DNA of 64,000 nucleotides from Octopus vulgaris (lineage: Eukaryota). The number at the start of each line of letters is the position of its first letter. Position 1 is the stretch's first letter. A program made the position numbers and the translations under genes. The notes beneath the pieces are model-generated. The model was not told the DNA's origin. It worked only from the letters and a program-made list of their open reading frames with translations, and made no database searches. Location: NCBI GenBank assembly GCA_951406725.2, contig OX597819.1, positions 35,464,001 through 35,528,000 of the forward strand, written 5' to 3'. Below are positions 38,825 through 52,547 of the stretch, piece after piece.

Positions 38825-39100
38825 GTCTGCTCCGGGCCTGGAGGCCCATGAGATTGGAGCTTATCCAGACTTTGAAAGTATTTAAGCTGAGAATGCAAGA
38901 CACCTCTTCAGCAGAATGCCAATCTATTGCAGGGTTAGCCCCCAGGTGTAACTGGTGTTCATTTTTGGTAAGTTTATTGAAGAAACATAAAATGAAGCAT
39001 CTAGCTCAAGAAAACAATGCAAGACCAGATTCAAGAATTGAACCCACTACCTATTGATTATGAGCCCAACACTCTAAATTACTTGACTATGTGCTTTCAC
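38825..39100 (-). mobile_element. Old tRNA-derived SINE
   Basis: Minus strand has a decayed tRNA-like head (GTGAAAGCACATAGTC...GGGTTCAATTC) followed by TTCTTGAGCTAGATGCTTCATTT. Confidence 0.5.
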
Positions 39101-39218
39101 ATTTTCTAATTTGCAAGCAAAATTATAGAAAATCTTTAAAGATCAGTCACTGGACATTAGTTTCAGGGTTATGATGAAATATGCTGATTTTTTTTTACTG
39201 CTGCATCAACATCTTTAA

Positions 39219-39439
39219 CCCTTTAGTGTTTGTATTATTCTGCCAAAATTAATGCTTCTTCATCCACATTGTTTCGAACTAATCATGAATTATCTTATAG
39301 CTATGAGATTTTGATGAGGTAGCTGTTAATTTTTAAAATGATATTGTAGGGTTGGTGTGAGAGACCAGATCTAGCCAGTTTGAACATAAAACAGGTTGAA
39401 TATTTTTGGCCGGATATGGCCAGTTTGAATGCTAATGGG
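39219..39439. mobile_element. piggyBac-like MITE family P1
   Basis: TTAA|CCCTTTAG...CTAATGGG|TTAA. Confidence 0.88.
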
Positions 39440-39869
39440 TTAATGGTAGTGATTGGGTAGGTTAAAACAATTTATTCTGTAATTACTGTTGAGTAAAAAT
39501 GTTAGGATTACGTACAAAATATTTAAACATTTAGAGCTAAATACTTCCAAAATATCTTTTATCTATCTGTTTGTCACAGAATTTTGAAATATAACAGCTA
39601 AAGACGGTGAAAAAAATTGGATGTAATTTTTTCCTCTATATCTCTAGTCAATTCCACTTCCATGCACGTACACACACACATGCATGCACACACACTCACT
39701 CACTCACTCATATATGCACATTCTGTATCTCATATGCATTCATTCTCTCTCTCTCTCATATACATTTATTCCTCTCTCTCATACACATATGCATACACAC
39801 ATGCATACTTTCACCCACACATACTCATTCGCTCTTTCTCCTTCACACTCACATGCTCATTCTTTCTCT

Positions 39870-39917
<48 letters not shown>

Positions 39918-40962
39918 GTACTTAGGAATCTCTAACATGATAGTAAAGTTTCGTGTTTCTTGACACATTACGTGAATAAGTTTGCGTGAATGTGTGCATG
40001 CACAATAGCGACTGATCCATGCTATTCAATAGTATTTATTGACATACAAGAACCAATGGCTAAGGTAGTCAGGTAAATGCCTTTACCTTTTACCAATGTA
40101 TTATCAGATGAAAATAAACTAAGACATACCAGTCTGGACAATTCTGTACCATAAATGTAATGCTTATTTCTACTGTGCTTGATGTGTTGTGCGTTGGTGA
40201 GATTCCTTGGCACTCCATCAACACCAAAATTCTTAACAGTTTTATTTTATTCAGTAACTAATTTCCACTGTATTCTGTTGACCTAGCTACCTATTATTTT
40301 ACCTAAATCACCAAATTTATTTATGTACCTGCTTTCTTTTGTTGTTAGTTTTCCTATATCTTAACCTCTTTTCCCCTTCCCCCACCCTATCTTTATTTTA
40401 TCTCTGCCAGTTTCTAAATACACCCGTACTTAGTTTTGTATGTTATATGTTCTGGCGGCCACACTTTCAGTTTTCAGAAGTTATGCCAAAATGTTTTAAC
40501 TTTGTATTTTCTTTTATTTTACATTTATAAATATAATAGACCTGTTACATGCCTTATCTGAGACTATTTATAAAAAAAAAAAAATACAGGGTAGAATGTT
40601 TTTCCTCAGCTACCCTAGGAAGTAATATGTGATAAAGCAGTTTTTGTTGTTGACTCTCTGTTTGCAAATACACCTACACAAGGTCAAAGTTTTAGTGACA
40701 GTCGATAAAATTATATAGACAGTATCATCTAAGCACTGCAAGTAGTTTTGGTTTCATAGAAAATGTTTGGTTAATATTGCAGTGACATTTATGTTCTGAG
40801 TTCAAATTCTGCCGAGATCAACTTTACCTTTCATTCTTTCAGGGTTGATAAAATTAGTGCAAGTCAAGTACTAAGGGCAATGAAAATCAACTATCACACT
40901 CCCCACTTAATTTCAGGCCTTGTGCTTATTGTAGAAAGGATATCTAGTAAAGTTATTTAGAG

Positions 40963-41651
40963 CAGGGGTTCTCAACTGGTGTCCATATGATCTTTGGAGG
41001 TCCATATAAAATTTTGTTGTTAAAAAATTTCTGTGTAATAAACTGCTTATACATTAACAATATGCAAAATATTTTAACAATTTTTAAATAAAATTCCTAA
41101 TAATGTTTGGATCTTTTCGGTTTGAATGGCAGTTTTTAACATAATTTCTAGGTAACTAAAAAATTTTAAACTTCGTATACTGGTAGAATGTGTTTATAAA
41201 GCATCTTTTTCTCTTGGCTTTATTGAGAAAATTCTATAGTTTGTAAGATATTTGTTGTTTTTTTTCTTCAATTTCAACCAATCACTGATGTCTATTGAGA
41301 TAAAAAACATTCTGTGCCGTATGAATATGTCCCTCGTTTAAGAAACAGATTGGGTTTATTAACATTTGTGAAGAAAAAAATATACCCTCCCCCCACCCCT
41401 AACCCTAACCCTAACTCGCCCTAACCCTAAAACAGATTGAAATGCAATAGGTCAATACTAGGGTCATAATTATGGGTGACAATTTCATGACACCGCTAGA
41501 AAAAACTACCATTCAAACTGAAAAGATCCTAATATTTAATTATGAAAATATAATGGGATTTTTTAAAACATCAATTGGCTATGAGGGTCTACATGAGTAA
41601 TATAGGAATCAAAGGAGTCCATAGATAAAAAAAAATGGTTGAAAAACACTG
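40963..41651. mobile_element. hAT (Charlie-like) MITE carrying a nested MITE
   Basis: TIRs CAGGGGTTCTCAAC / GTTGAAAAACACTG; perfect 8-bp TSD ATTTAGAG (40955-40962, 41652-41659). Confidence 0.85.
41109..41529. mobile_element. MITE with GG-starting ~28-bp TIRs and 8-bp TSD (Merlin-like), containing (CCCTAA)n
   Basis: GGATCTTTTCGGTTTGAATGGCAGTTTT...AAAACTACCATTCAAACTGAAAAGATCC; flanks TAATGTTT / TAATATTT. Confidence 0.85.
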
Positions 41652-42287
41652 ATTTAGAGATACCATTGAGGCATTACAAATACTTTTGGCTTGAAATAAA
41701 ATATTTGTTTAATCAAAATATCAGTGGCAGTTGAGAAAATTATATAAAAATCAACATCTGGGCATTGCAAGCTGTTTTGGTTGCTGAATATTCCTGTTTC
41801 TAAAAGCAAATATACATTATCCCTTCTATTCAGGTGCCATGCATACAGACATTGGTAATCATGAACTTTCATGCCAAAGTCTGAAGATTCTGGATTGTTT
41901 TTTAGAAAAAGTAAAGCAGTAGTTTCCCATTACCTTCTGTTTCTCACCACCAGTTTAATTTGCTAGTCTCCTACTTTTCCAAGATTACCCTTGAGTCACT
42001 GAGCCTATTTAAACCTTTAGGCAGAGGTATTGGTTAATGTGATAGAGCATTGCTTGGAAGCCATCTCTTTTCTGCATCCGTACACTTTAGTCAAAGGACC
42101 GTTGTCTGTTATTTAACCCGTAACTGGGGCCCTTGATGCTGACAATATATCATACAGGAACACTATCTAGGCATTTCAAGAAGTTTGGGTTATTTAAAGA
42201 ATGTTTGGTAAAAAATTTCAGTGACAGTTGGTAAAATTATATAGAGATAAATTACAGGACTCAGTACAAATGCAGAGTATTCTTTTA

Positions 42288-42473
42288 TACATTATAACTG
42301 AAAGGCTTTGATTTCCAACACTTAGAGTTACTCATTTCCAATCATCAGCTGCTAAACTGAGCTGTCGTGAATATTTTTTGAAATATTCAGTGAAAGTTTG
42401 AATTTTAAACAGAACATAAAAACAAGGCTTGGAAATGATTAACTCTGAGTACTAGAGCCTTTCAGTTATAATG

Positions 42474-42475
<2 letters not shown>
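42288..42475. mobile_element. MITE with ~50-bp imperfect TIRs and TA ends (Tc1/mariner-like)
   Basis: TACATTATAACTGAAAGGCT...AGAGTTACTCATTTCCAA versus TTGGAAATGATTAACTCT...AGCCTTTCAGTTATAATGTA. Confidence 0.8.
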
Positions 42476-42516
<41 letters not shown>

Positions 42517-42697
42517 AAAATATGATAAAATTTTCATAAGAATTTATCAAGTAGTTAGCGTGAGAAACCTCATAAGAGAAAAAAATCCATCAATGTTTTC
42601 ACTTAAATATATTTATTTATATTATATAGAGGGCATTTTTACACATAAATATCCCCTATATAACATATGTATATATGTATATATATATGTGTATATA

Positions 42698-42750
<53 letters not shown>

Positions 42751-43018
42751 TGATTGTGAGTGAATTTAATTCATTTGAAGTGCCTGTATACTTTTGTGTG
42801 TGTTTATGCATTAACAGAAGCTTTACAATATATACTGGTGTTACTGTAAATGTGTGTGTGTGTATAAATTAAAGCATGATATATGTTGAAGCAGATGGTG
42901 TCTTTTGTGTATTTGCTCACATGCATATGAGTGCTTACGTTACAGTGTATGCACGGCTGTTTATTGCAATGTTGCTACAACTGTTAATTTCATGCTGTTT
43001 AAAAAGTGTGTGTGAATC

Positions 43019-43162
43019 TATGTATGTATGTATGTATGTATGTATGTATGTATGTATGTATGTATGTATGTATGTATGTATGTATGTATGTATGTATGTA
43101 TGTATGTATGTATGTATGTATGTATGTATGTATGTATGTATGTATGTATGTATGTATGTATG
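43019..43162. repeat. (TATG)n microsatellite, ~35 units
   Basis: Perfect tetranucleotide run. Confidence 0.97.
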
Positions 43163-45889
43163 TGTGTGTGTATATACATTTGTATTCATTTTTGTGTTTT
43201 ACCAATGCTTGACATGCTTCAGTGAGTATTATATACAAAAATATCTGCATATTCTTATTGGTGTAAAAAATTATGTAACTGTCTGTTTCAGTGCATTATA
43301 TAATGAATAATGTATGGTGTGATTGTGTGTGTGTAGTGTATATATGCATGTATGTATGTAAACATACACATACGTGCATAGACCATACAAGGATGGATGT
43401 TAGCTAGTATTTACATATGTTTATATATGTGCATAAATGTATGGTTTATTTCTTTATTAATAATTAGGTTAGTTTTATAAATCTGTTGCAACCTTTATGG
43501 CCTAACCATAATGGTCAAAACATATATAAAATTGTAAAGCTAATATATATATATATATTATAAAACTCTATTTGCCGAGTGATTGAGTAACTTATTCAAT
43601 ATGAAAATGAACTGTTTCGACTAACAAACACATCATCATTTAACATTCACCCTTTCATGCTTGCATGAGTTGGACAGGGTTTACTTGAGGCAGATTTTGT
43701 CTGGCTGGATGCCCTTTCTGTCATCACTTTTTTCCAAGGAAAATAACATTTCCCCATAGCTAGACATAGTCTTGCAGAATATTGGAAAGGAACGACACTG
43801 CTTGTCTGACGGTGACAATCATTTTACACTTACCCTGCAGTGTCAAGACAAAGAGACATAAACACATGCGTGCATGTGTGTGTATGTGTGCACATACACA
43901 CACACACACACACACACACGGTGAGCCTTTTTCTGTTTCTGCTACAAAACCACTCACAAGGCTTTGGTCAGCCCAAGGCTATAGTAGAAGACAGTTGCTC
44001 AAAAAACTGAACTTGGAACTGTGTGGTCAGGAAGCAAATTTCTTACTGCACAGCCATGCCTGGATATCAATCATAATGATGATGCTGGTGGTGGCAACAG
44101 TGATGACAGCAGTTTCTAATCTCGGCACAAGGCCAGTAGGTTTGAAGGAAGGAAAGGTGTTTAGTCAACACCAGCAGTTGGCAAGTACTTCATTTTATTG
44201 ACTTCAAAAGGATGAAAGCAAAATTGATCTGAACTCAGCATAAAGAGCCAAATACATTCTGAGTTTAAATCATGTTGTGGTCAACTTTAATGGTAATAAT
44301 AGTAGTAGTAGTAGTAGTAATATAAATAATATTTGTTTCAACTTTTGGCACAAAGCTAGCAATTTTAGGAGAGGGAGGAAAGCCAATTACGACTCCAGTG
44401 TTTGACTGGTACTTTACCAACCTCATAAAGATGTACCACAAAGTTGATCTTGGTAGATTTTGAACTCTGAATGTAAAGAGCTGAAAGAAATAGCACTAGG
44501 CGTTTTGTCAACATGTGACTGATTCAGCCGGCTTGCCACCTTAATAATAATGGTTTCAAATTTTAGCACAAGGCCTGAAATTGTGGGGAGGGGTTTAAGT
44601 TGATTACATCAACCCCAGTGCTCAACTGGTCCTTATTTTATCAACCCTGAAAGGATGAAAGACAAAATTTACCTCAGCAGAATTTGAATTCAGAATGTAA
44701 AGACAGATGAAATGCCTCTAAGGATTTTGCCTGGCATGCTTACCATTCTATTGGTTCACTGCTTTTCAAATAGTGATAACAGAAATAATATTTGTGTGTA
44801 AGTGTGTGGGGTAGTGTATCTATGCTTCTTTCACTCATGCTTCTCACTTACCCCTATCACCCTAGTTGTCTCACTTATCCATTGTTACACTTGTTACCCT
44901 TTCTGGACCACCTACTATCAATGTCCATCATTTATCCAATTCTATTACTGTAAGTCTCTCCTCCTCTTTCACCCTCACATTATTCTCTCCCTGTTTTTAC
45001 AGAATTTTAAGTGTACATAACATTTCCACTATTATTGGTGACACTAAAAATCCACTCAGAACACTCTGTAAAATAGTTTCTGAGTGAGCATAGACATGGG
45101 GCCAGGAAGATTCTTTGTCTTGTCAAGGACTTGGTTGCCTCTTTAGTGCTTGTGTCATAGAAAAAAAATGGCTTAATACACTCTGTAAAGAGTGGGGTTG
45201 AGAAGAGCCTTTAGTTATGTTGAGGACATGACAACCTCACTAGTGCTGGTTGGTGTGCATAGGGAAAAAAAACTGCCCAGTTCACTCTGTAATGGGGCTG
45301 GTCTCAAGAAGGGAACCTAGCCATAGAAAGGAAGCTAAATAGGAAATGCATGTGTTGTAGTCTTCTGATCCATCTAGGTGACCAACACTTCTGAATATGT
45401 GCTGTCTCAGACAGTGGCAACCTGTCCAGCCTATGCTAGCATGGAAATTGGACATAAAATGTTGATGTATCTATATTTGTCTGTCTGTCTGTTTATGAAA
45501 GGCAAAGTTGACCTTGACAGGATTTGAACTCAGAGCCCCAAGTGTCAGAACACATGCTGCAAAGGCATTCTAATGATTCTGCCAATTTGCTGCCTGTAAA
45601 TATTAACCAGTGTATGTATGATTTATATAGTGGGTTTATAAATCCATAAAATGGGCAATGAGTGGATGATTTATGTGAATAAATGTATTAATAAAACGTA
45701 TGATTTATGTGAAGGATTTGTAGACCCATACTATGGATAAAGAAGCTATGATTTGATGGGGTGGGGATGCATGTTTGTGTATATTATATGTATCTACTCA
45801 ATCATAAAACACAAATATTTGCTTAAAATATTTTCTGCTTGTCTTCGAAATGTGTCCATATTTACTGTTACTGCAAGGGTGCATGTGTA

Positions 45890-46900
45890 CGCATGTGAGT
45901 GCAAACACACACACACACTTTATATATGCATTGCATTCATGCACACAAATCACTTGTTCATGCACACACTCACACACACACACAAACACACACACACAAA
46001 CACACACACAATCATTCATACACACTTCCACACACACAACCTAAACACAGACTTGAACATAAACCTAACTGCATACATGCACATGCACAAACATCACTGC
46101 ATGCACCCCACTATCTGCTCACCTAATCATGTGCGCATGCACATACCCATCTACCTAAATATATGCATGCACATCCCCTGCCTAGAGATGCGGAGACACG
46201 TGCATGCCCAACTAGATGTATGTAAACACATGAATGCCCACAGCTACCTAAACATACATACATATAAACACACAAACACACATGCAAACATACATACCTA
46301 CCAACATGCATACACACACACACAAATCCACCCACCTAAATTCACTCCCTCATCAAACATAAGCACGGACATGTACTCTTTCTTTGACACACTAGTAAAC
46401 TTGGGATCTTACACAAGCACACACATCCTTACACACACACATATACACACATGTATATATACACATACATACATACAAACACACAGACACACACACACAA
46501 CCTCCTATACATACACACAACCATACACAATTCTCTACACCCACACTTTCTCCTATAGACACACACAATCTCTATATATACATGTATTTACTTATACACC
46601 TGCACATTTTCTTATATGCATGCATTCTCCTTTATGCATACATGTGCTATACACACTCAGTCTTCTCTGCATACTCTCGCACACACATCATAGATTCTAG
46701 TATATACATACATTCCTCTATACACATACAGTCTCGTGTATTCGTATAGTCAAAATTGCACATACACATGTTCCTGTACATCTACAGATTCCCCCATACT
46801 TAAGCACAGCTTTCATAACCTCTCATTTCTTCTCATACATACACATATCCTTACACACATGTATCCATGTGTACATGGAAATGTACACATGAATACAAGC
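45890..46900. repeat. ~1-kb degenerate (CA/TA)-rich low-complexity tract
   Basis: CACA/CATA/CATG-rich sequence; produces the His/Thr-rich 315-aa ORF. Confidence 0.85.
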
Positions 46901-48553
46901 TGCTCTGAGATAGTTGCTTCAAAATGAAGCCAGCTCTTGCAAACACCACATCCTCCTGCTCCTACTTCTTCTTCTCATCCTTCTACTCCTTTGAACATTG
47001 TCTGCTGCAGAATTTGTTTTTCCCCCACTACCACCGGCATCACCACTGCCACCATCTTAACTATTAGTTATTGATTGTATTCTTTGAAGTTCTACTTTAA
47101 ACAATAAACTGGTCTCTTTGTTGTAATTTTCTATATCTTGCTGGGGAAACCTCATTTGAACAAATTCAGTGAATAATGATTTACCATTTATAAACTCTAA
47201 CTTAATCAAATACTGGTCTGTGTATGTGTGTATGTGCATATGTTTCAATACTTCCCCCATTCCATACTCTTCATACAATACTTATATCCTCATTTAAAAG
47301 TTAACCATGTTAAAATGATCAAATGTTCAATAGATTAATGGCCTTGAAGGCTATGGGTGTATGATCCCTTGACTATTATTTTTATTCCTTATCTATCCAT
47401 TTATTCTTTTTTAGCTATTATCAAGTTGTTAACAATATTTTATTGGTAATTTGAGAATGAAATAGTAGTTAGTTGGTTAATTGCCGTGATTGTTCAAAGG
47501 TTTCTGTGGCATGGAGCTAACGGATCAAACTGTTCTGAAGGCAGCACATACATCCAGCTTGCTGAATCCATCATGTGTTTGTTGAAGAATTTTTCTGTAT
47601 ATTTGGTTCAAAATTTAACTGAAAAAAAGTGTTCCATTATTTGAAAAGTAGGTATGAGTTGGCAACATGAAGAGCATTCAGCCACAAAATAAGTATTTGT
47701 CAAAACTATGCTGGCATAGAATATGAATGTAAAATGAACAAATGAACTTTATAAAAAGCTAGAACTTTACAAAAAGCTAGACATCCTAGACAAAAGTCAG
47801 TGAACAACATTTTTCAAAGTTAGTGCTAGTTGAGTTCAGTTACCTTACATGAGTTACATGGAATGTAAGAGATGTAGATTGTTTCTGTTAGAAAATGTGT
47901 TAGTAGACTACTAACTCAAGAAACAAGTGTATCTGTTATATGAAAGTATCATCAGAGACAGGTCTCTATACAATATTTCAAATGCTGATGAGTAGGAATA
48001 AATTCAATAGTGTTACCATTATCTTGAATATATAAACATGTGTTCAGGCTGTGTATTATCATCAAATAATATCAGGAATATATACACATCTGTTTTGAAT
48101 ATTGTTATCAATTCTCTCAACTGGCATTGTTCAATTCTATGAGAAAAATGAAAAAAATGTTTATACATACTCCTCCCTCCCCTCCTCTCTCTCTATATAT
48201 ATATGTTTATTTATTTATTAGATTTTGGGAAGAGTGTAGTCTAGTTTCCACAATCTACATCAGTTAATCATTAACTGTTGTGTAAAGGGATTAATTAGTT
48301 TAATCATCTCTTAATTTATCATACTGAATCACAATCATCCCTTTCCTTCCTTAAAATCAGCCAAAAGAATGGTTCTCTAGACACACATTTCCTCAAAATA
48401 AATTCTAAAACTAACCTTTCAACTTTTAAGTGAAAGTTGTTTGGTAAAGCAATGGATTAAGCTTTCAGGTCTCTCTTGGCGTGATTTTTACCTTTCATGT
48501 ACAAGCTTTGATTAATTTGACTAAATCCCCTCTCTTCCCACTTTTTTACCAAC

Positions 48554-48708
48554 TGAGAAATCCCGATTGCTTGTACCAGCTTAACGTCACATCTTTTCAT
48601 AGGTGTGAGAAATCCTGATTGCTTGTACCAGCTTAATGTCACATCTTTTCATAGGTGTGAGAAATCCTGATTGCTTGTACCAGCTTAACGTCACATCTTT
48701 TCATAGGT
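48554..48708. repeat. 52-bp tandem repeat x3
   Basis: TGAGAAATCCYGATTGCTTGTACCAGCTTAAYGTCACATCTTTTCATAGGTG at 48554, 48606 and 48658. Confidence 0.95.
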
Positions 48709-48989
48709 AGGAGATAGTCAAATGGATCAACCTTAGTACAGAGGTAGCAGGAATGTGCTGGGGAGTGCCTACTACTGATATAAGAAACTATTATTTAGAT
48801 AAGGTACTCGTGGAATATATCAAATTAATGTTTCAAAATTTCATTTTTACACAATTTTGTTTCTCAAAGATTCCTAAATCAACCAACTGCAAAATTGTCT
48901 TTTTTTCCTTCTTTTACTCCTTCCTTTGGATTGAGGTTTCTTTAGTTAATTAGCTATCAAAGATACAAAAGATGCAAAACATTGAGAAA

Positions 48990-49364
48990 CAGGAGTGGCT
49001 GTGTGGTAAGTAGCTTGCTTACCAACCACATGGTTCCAGGTTCAGTCCCACTGCGTGGCACCTTGGGCAAGTGTCTTTTACTATAGCCTCGGGCTGACCA
49101 AAGCTTTGTGAGTGGATTTGGTAGACGGAAACTGAAAGAAGCCTGTCAAATATATGTATATATATGTGTCTGTGTTTGTCCCCCCAACATCGCTTGACAA
49201 CTGATGCTGGTGTGTTTACATCCCCGTAACTTAGCTGTTCGGCAAAAGAGGCCGATAAAATAAGTACTAGGCTTCCAAAGAATAAGTCCTGGGGTCGATT
49301 TCCTCGACTAAAGGTGGTGCTCCAGCATGGCTGCAGTCAAATGACTGAAACAAGTAAAAGAGTA
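48990..49364 (+). mobile_element. Full-length SINE family A
   Basis: Same head, body and tail as 14025-14453 with a short internal microsatellite. Confidence 0.92.
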
Positions 49365-50433
49365 AACATTTCACAGAAGTTAAAATATCTGATTTGAAAT
49401 TTGATGGTTTCAATCTTCAAGAAATTTATTTTGGAAACGGATTTCATCAATAAAACTGAAATTGTGTTTTTCTCATGTTCTTGGTATGGCTTTTATTGTC
49501 ATTCTTAAGAGAATTGTGGTACTAGCAAGAACCCTGTATTCGATTTTCATTTTGTTTTTAAACTGACTAGTCAAATGTTAAAAGAGCTGCAATAACTATT
49601 AAATTCACTCTTTTGATAATACAGAAATTTATTTTTGTATGAAAAATATTTTTGAGACTTTTGTATACCTCTTTATTTCAATTATAAAATGATGGTAATG
49701 AATCACTGACTACATGAACAAAAATTCACATTTCCCAGGGAAAAAAAATTATATTTCTAATTATATCAGGTTCGACTTTTGATCTATAGGAGAGAGAGGT
49801 GTAAGCCGGACATCCTGTTATGTAACCATTGACCCAATAAATATCTTTTCACTTATCATAGCATAGAAACTAAATTGTCAAAAATTTAAAGTTCCATTGT
49901 ACCTTGCCCCATTCAATAAAAAAATGCTTTATGGCTTCTATTGATGCAGAGAAAATTCTCTTTTTGTTCTGAGAAGGACCAATGATATTTAGTAATATCT
50001 GCCTGAGTGAACACTGCAAGCCACATATTTTTTTGTTCATTTCCTGGTTAGAATTACTTTTTCTGTTCAGTTTTTTTTTCTCAGGTTTTAGATAAAATAG
50101 GTAAATTATGAAAACCTGTGTACGTGATTAATTTCAATAGTTACTGACTGACTGAAGTTTTTAACTTTATGAAATGATTTAATTGCTTGTTGTAGTAATG
50201 AACTTTATGTTTTATATTATCTGTTTCTGGCAATATGAACTAGCAAGAAATGTGTCCTTGGGTGGTATTTTATCAATTTGTGTATGTGTGTGTGTGTGTG
50301 TGTCCACATCCACATACATCGGCACAATGTTGGGGAAAAGTATTGAAACAACAGAAATCCAAAAAGATAATTACCATCTCAGGGATAAGCTGAAATGGTA
50401 GTGTTAGACCAAATCTCTTGTACCATTTATTAA

Positions 50434-50657
50434 CCCTTTCGTTACCAACCCGGCTGAAACCGGCTCTGGCTCTGAGTACAAATGTCTGGTTTTCATACGT
50501 AAGTTTTGAATTAAAATCTTCCACCAAACCTTAGTCACAATTTATGTTTCTAACACTAGCTTAATGATAACTAAGTTATTTTAATAAATTCTTTGTTATA
50601 TTTAAAGTAATTGAAAGAAACACAGAGCATTTCAAAATAAATACCATAACGAAAGGG
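50434..50657. mobile_element. piggyBac-like MITE family P2
   Basis: TTAA|CCCTTTCGTTA...TAACGAAAGGG|TTAA; a decayed opposite-orientation relative lies at ~63140-63344. Confidence 0.9.
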
Positions 50658-51734
50658 TTAATATATCTTATTGCATTCTGAGTTGAAATCCAGTGAATTG
50701 TGTTGATAAAGTCAAATCTGTTCAATTAAATTATACCTTTTGCACAAAATCTATGCTATTCAACTGAAGTTAGAAATCATTATTATTAGCTCAATTGTCT
50801 TGTTTGGAAACTGACCATTGTATGTACATGCACTTCTGACAATCACTCACATCGGTTGATTGCTTCCCAAACTTCTTCTTTTGCTTTCGTTAGTTGTCAT
50901 GGGGATAAAATTCAGGAATATTTTTGTCAGAATATGAAAACATTGTAAACTTGAAAGGCGACAATAGTACTGACTTAACATTTATGTATTAAAGTACTAA
51001 TAACTTTCATCAACAAAATACATTGGTAATGTGTTTCATTAAATATAGCTGTTGTTGTTTAGCTGTAGATCAGACTTGATTAAGCAGGTTAAAAGCATTC
51101 TAGACATGACTATTGGCATGACCATTTCCTTTTTTTTTTTATATATTGTTTTTTTCTCTCTTTTTCAAGATGTGAGATTTTGAAGGAGATTTGGCTGTTG
51201 TTTCCAGCAGGTTGAGCAACCAAGTAAATGTTCGCTCAGCTCATTGTTGATTGGGCTTTTAAGCATAATTTAATCAAAGATTTTACATAACATGATGAAG
51301 GAAGAGTTTAATTTAAATATATAAGCATTTTAAAAGCAGGTGACTCTACATTATTGAACCAGTGGTGGTCTCAAGTTGGGTTGATGTCAAGAAGTTACTT
51401 CTAAAAATATGAGGAAGATTTTACTCAGTGTTGGTTTTTCTTGACTAATTTACACTAATTTTCAAAGTGAAATTATTGAAGACAATTTGAAATCTGCTGC
51501 AAAATATTTTGAAACAAACCTAGCATGCATAATTGTACATGCATTTATCAATATCTTAATACTGTCACAACAAAATGCCCCTGGTGCAATTTGGAGAGTG
51601 GTTAGCAAGTGTAACAGAGAAAACATAAGGTTGAGAGGTTCCTGTCGAGGACTTTGCAGCCTCTCTGGTGCTGGCACCATGATAAAATGCACTTAGTACA
51701 TTCTGTAAAGTGGTTGGCAAATAAACAGAGAAAA

Positions 51735-52190
51735 GACCTGTTGAGGCAAGTGAAATCGAAATCGAAATCACTCAAAAATCAATGGAAATTGTAGTTGCGA
51801 TATCAGTGCCGGTGGCATGTAAAAGAACCATCCGAACGTGGCCGTTGCCAGTGCCGCTCCGACTGGCCTCCGTGCCAGTGGCACGTAAAAAACACCAACC
51901 GATTGTGGCCGTTGCCAGCCTCGCCTGGCACCGTGCTGGTGGCACGTAAAAAGCACCAACCGATTGTGGTATGTGTGAATAAAAGATAGGATGGTGTCAG
52001 TGGGGGGGGGGGGGGAGCACTGAATACATTTTGTAAAGCAGATGATGTCATGAAGGGTCTCTAGCCATAGAAACCATACCAAAGCAAACAGAGCTCAATG
52101 CAGTCCTCCAGTGTATTGGATCCTATCAAACTGTCCATTCCATGCTGGTATAGAAGACAGATGTTCAATGAGGAGAATGCTGATGGTGAT
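51735..52190 (+). mobile_element. Family C element with tandem GTGCCRGTGGCACGTAAAAA units
   Basis: Three units at ~51806, 51872 and 51933, then a decayed 3' end. Confidence 0.75.
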
Positions 52191-52247
52191 GTTATGCTAG
52201 GTATGCTATTATATACCAGGTATACAATATGTTGCATACTACATTAA

Positions 52248-52547
52248 TGATTAGAGCATCGGGCTCGCAATCACGAGGTAGTGAGTTTGATTCCTGGACT
52301 GGGCTGTGTATTGTGTTCTTGACCAAGAAACTTCATTTCATGTTGCCTCAGTTCATTCAGCTGTAGAAATGAGTTGCAACGTCACTGGTGCCAAGCTGTA
52401 TCGGCCCCTTTGCCTTTCTCTTGGGTAACATCAGTGGTGTGGAGAGAGGAGGCTGGTGTGTCTGGGCGACTGCTGGTCTTCCATAAACAACCTTGCCTGG
52501 ACTGGGTAATCCCATGGTCATTCACGACCGAGGTGGGGGGGGGTACC
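52248..52547 (+). mobile_element. SINE family D
   Basis: Homologous to the reverse complement of 23930-24267 (CAGCTGTAGAAATGAGTTGC, GGCGACTGCTGGTCTTCCATAAACAACC). Confidence 0.88.

Noticed and set aside
41397-41429. True telomere or chromosome fusion site
   Set aside because: Only about five CCCTAA units, located inside a MITE.
45753-46700. 315-aa ORF, the longest in the window
   Set aside because: His/Thr-rich translation of a degenerate CA tract that lacks stops by composition; no domain and a non-ATG start.
50085-50100. 16-nt microexon between TTCTCAG and GTAAAT
   Set aside because: Not frame-preserving, stops in two frames, and such motifs arise by chance in T-rich introns.
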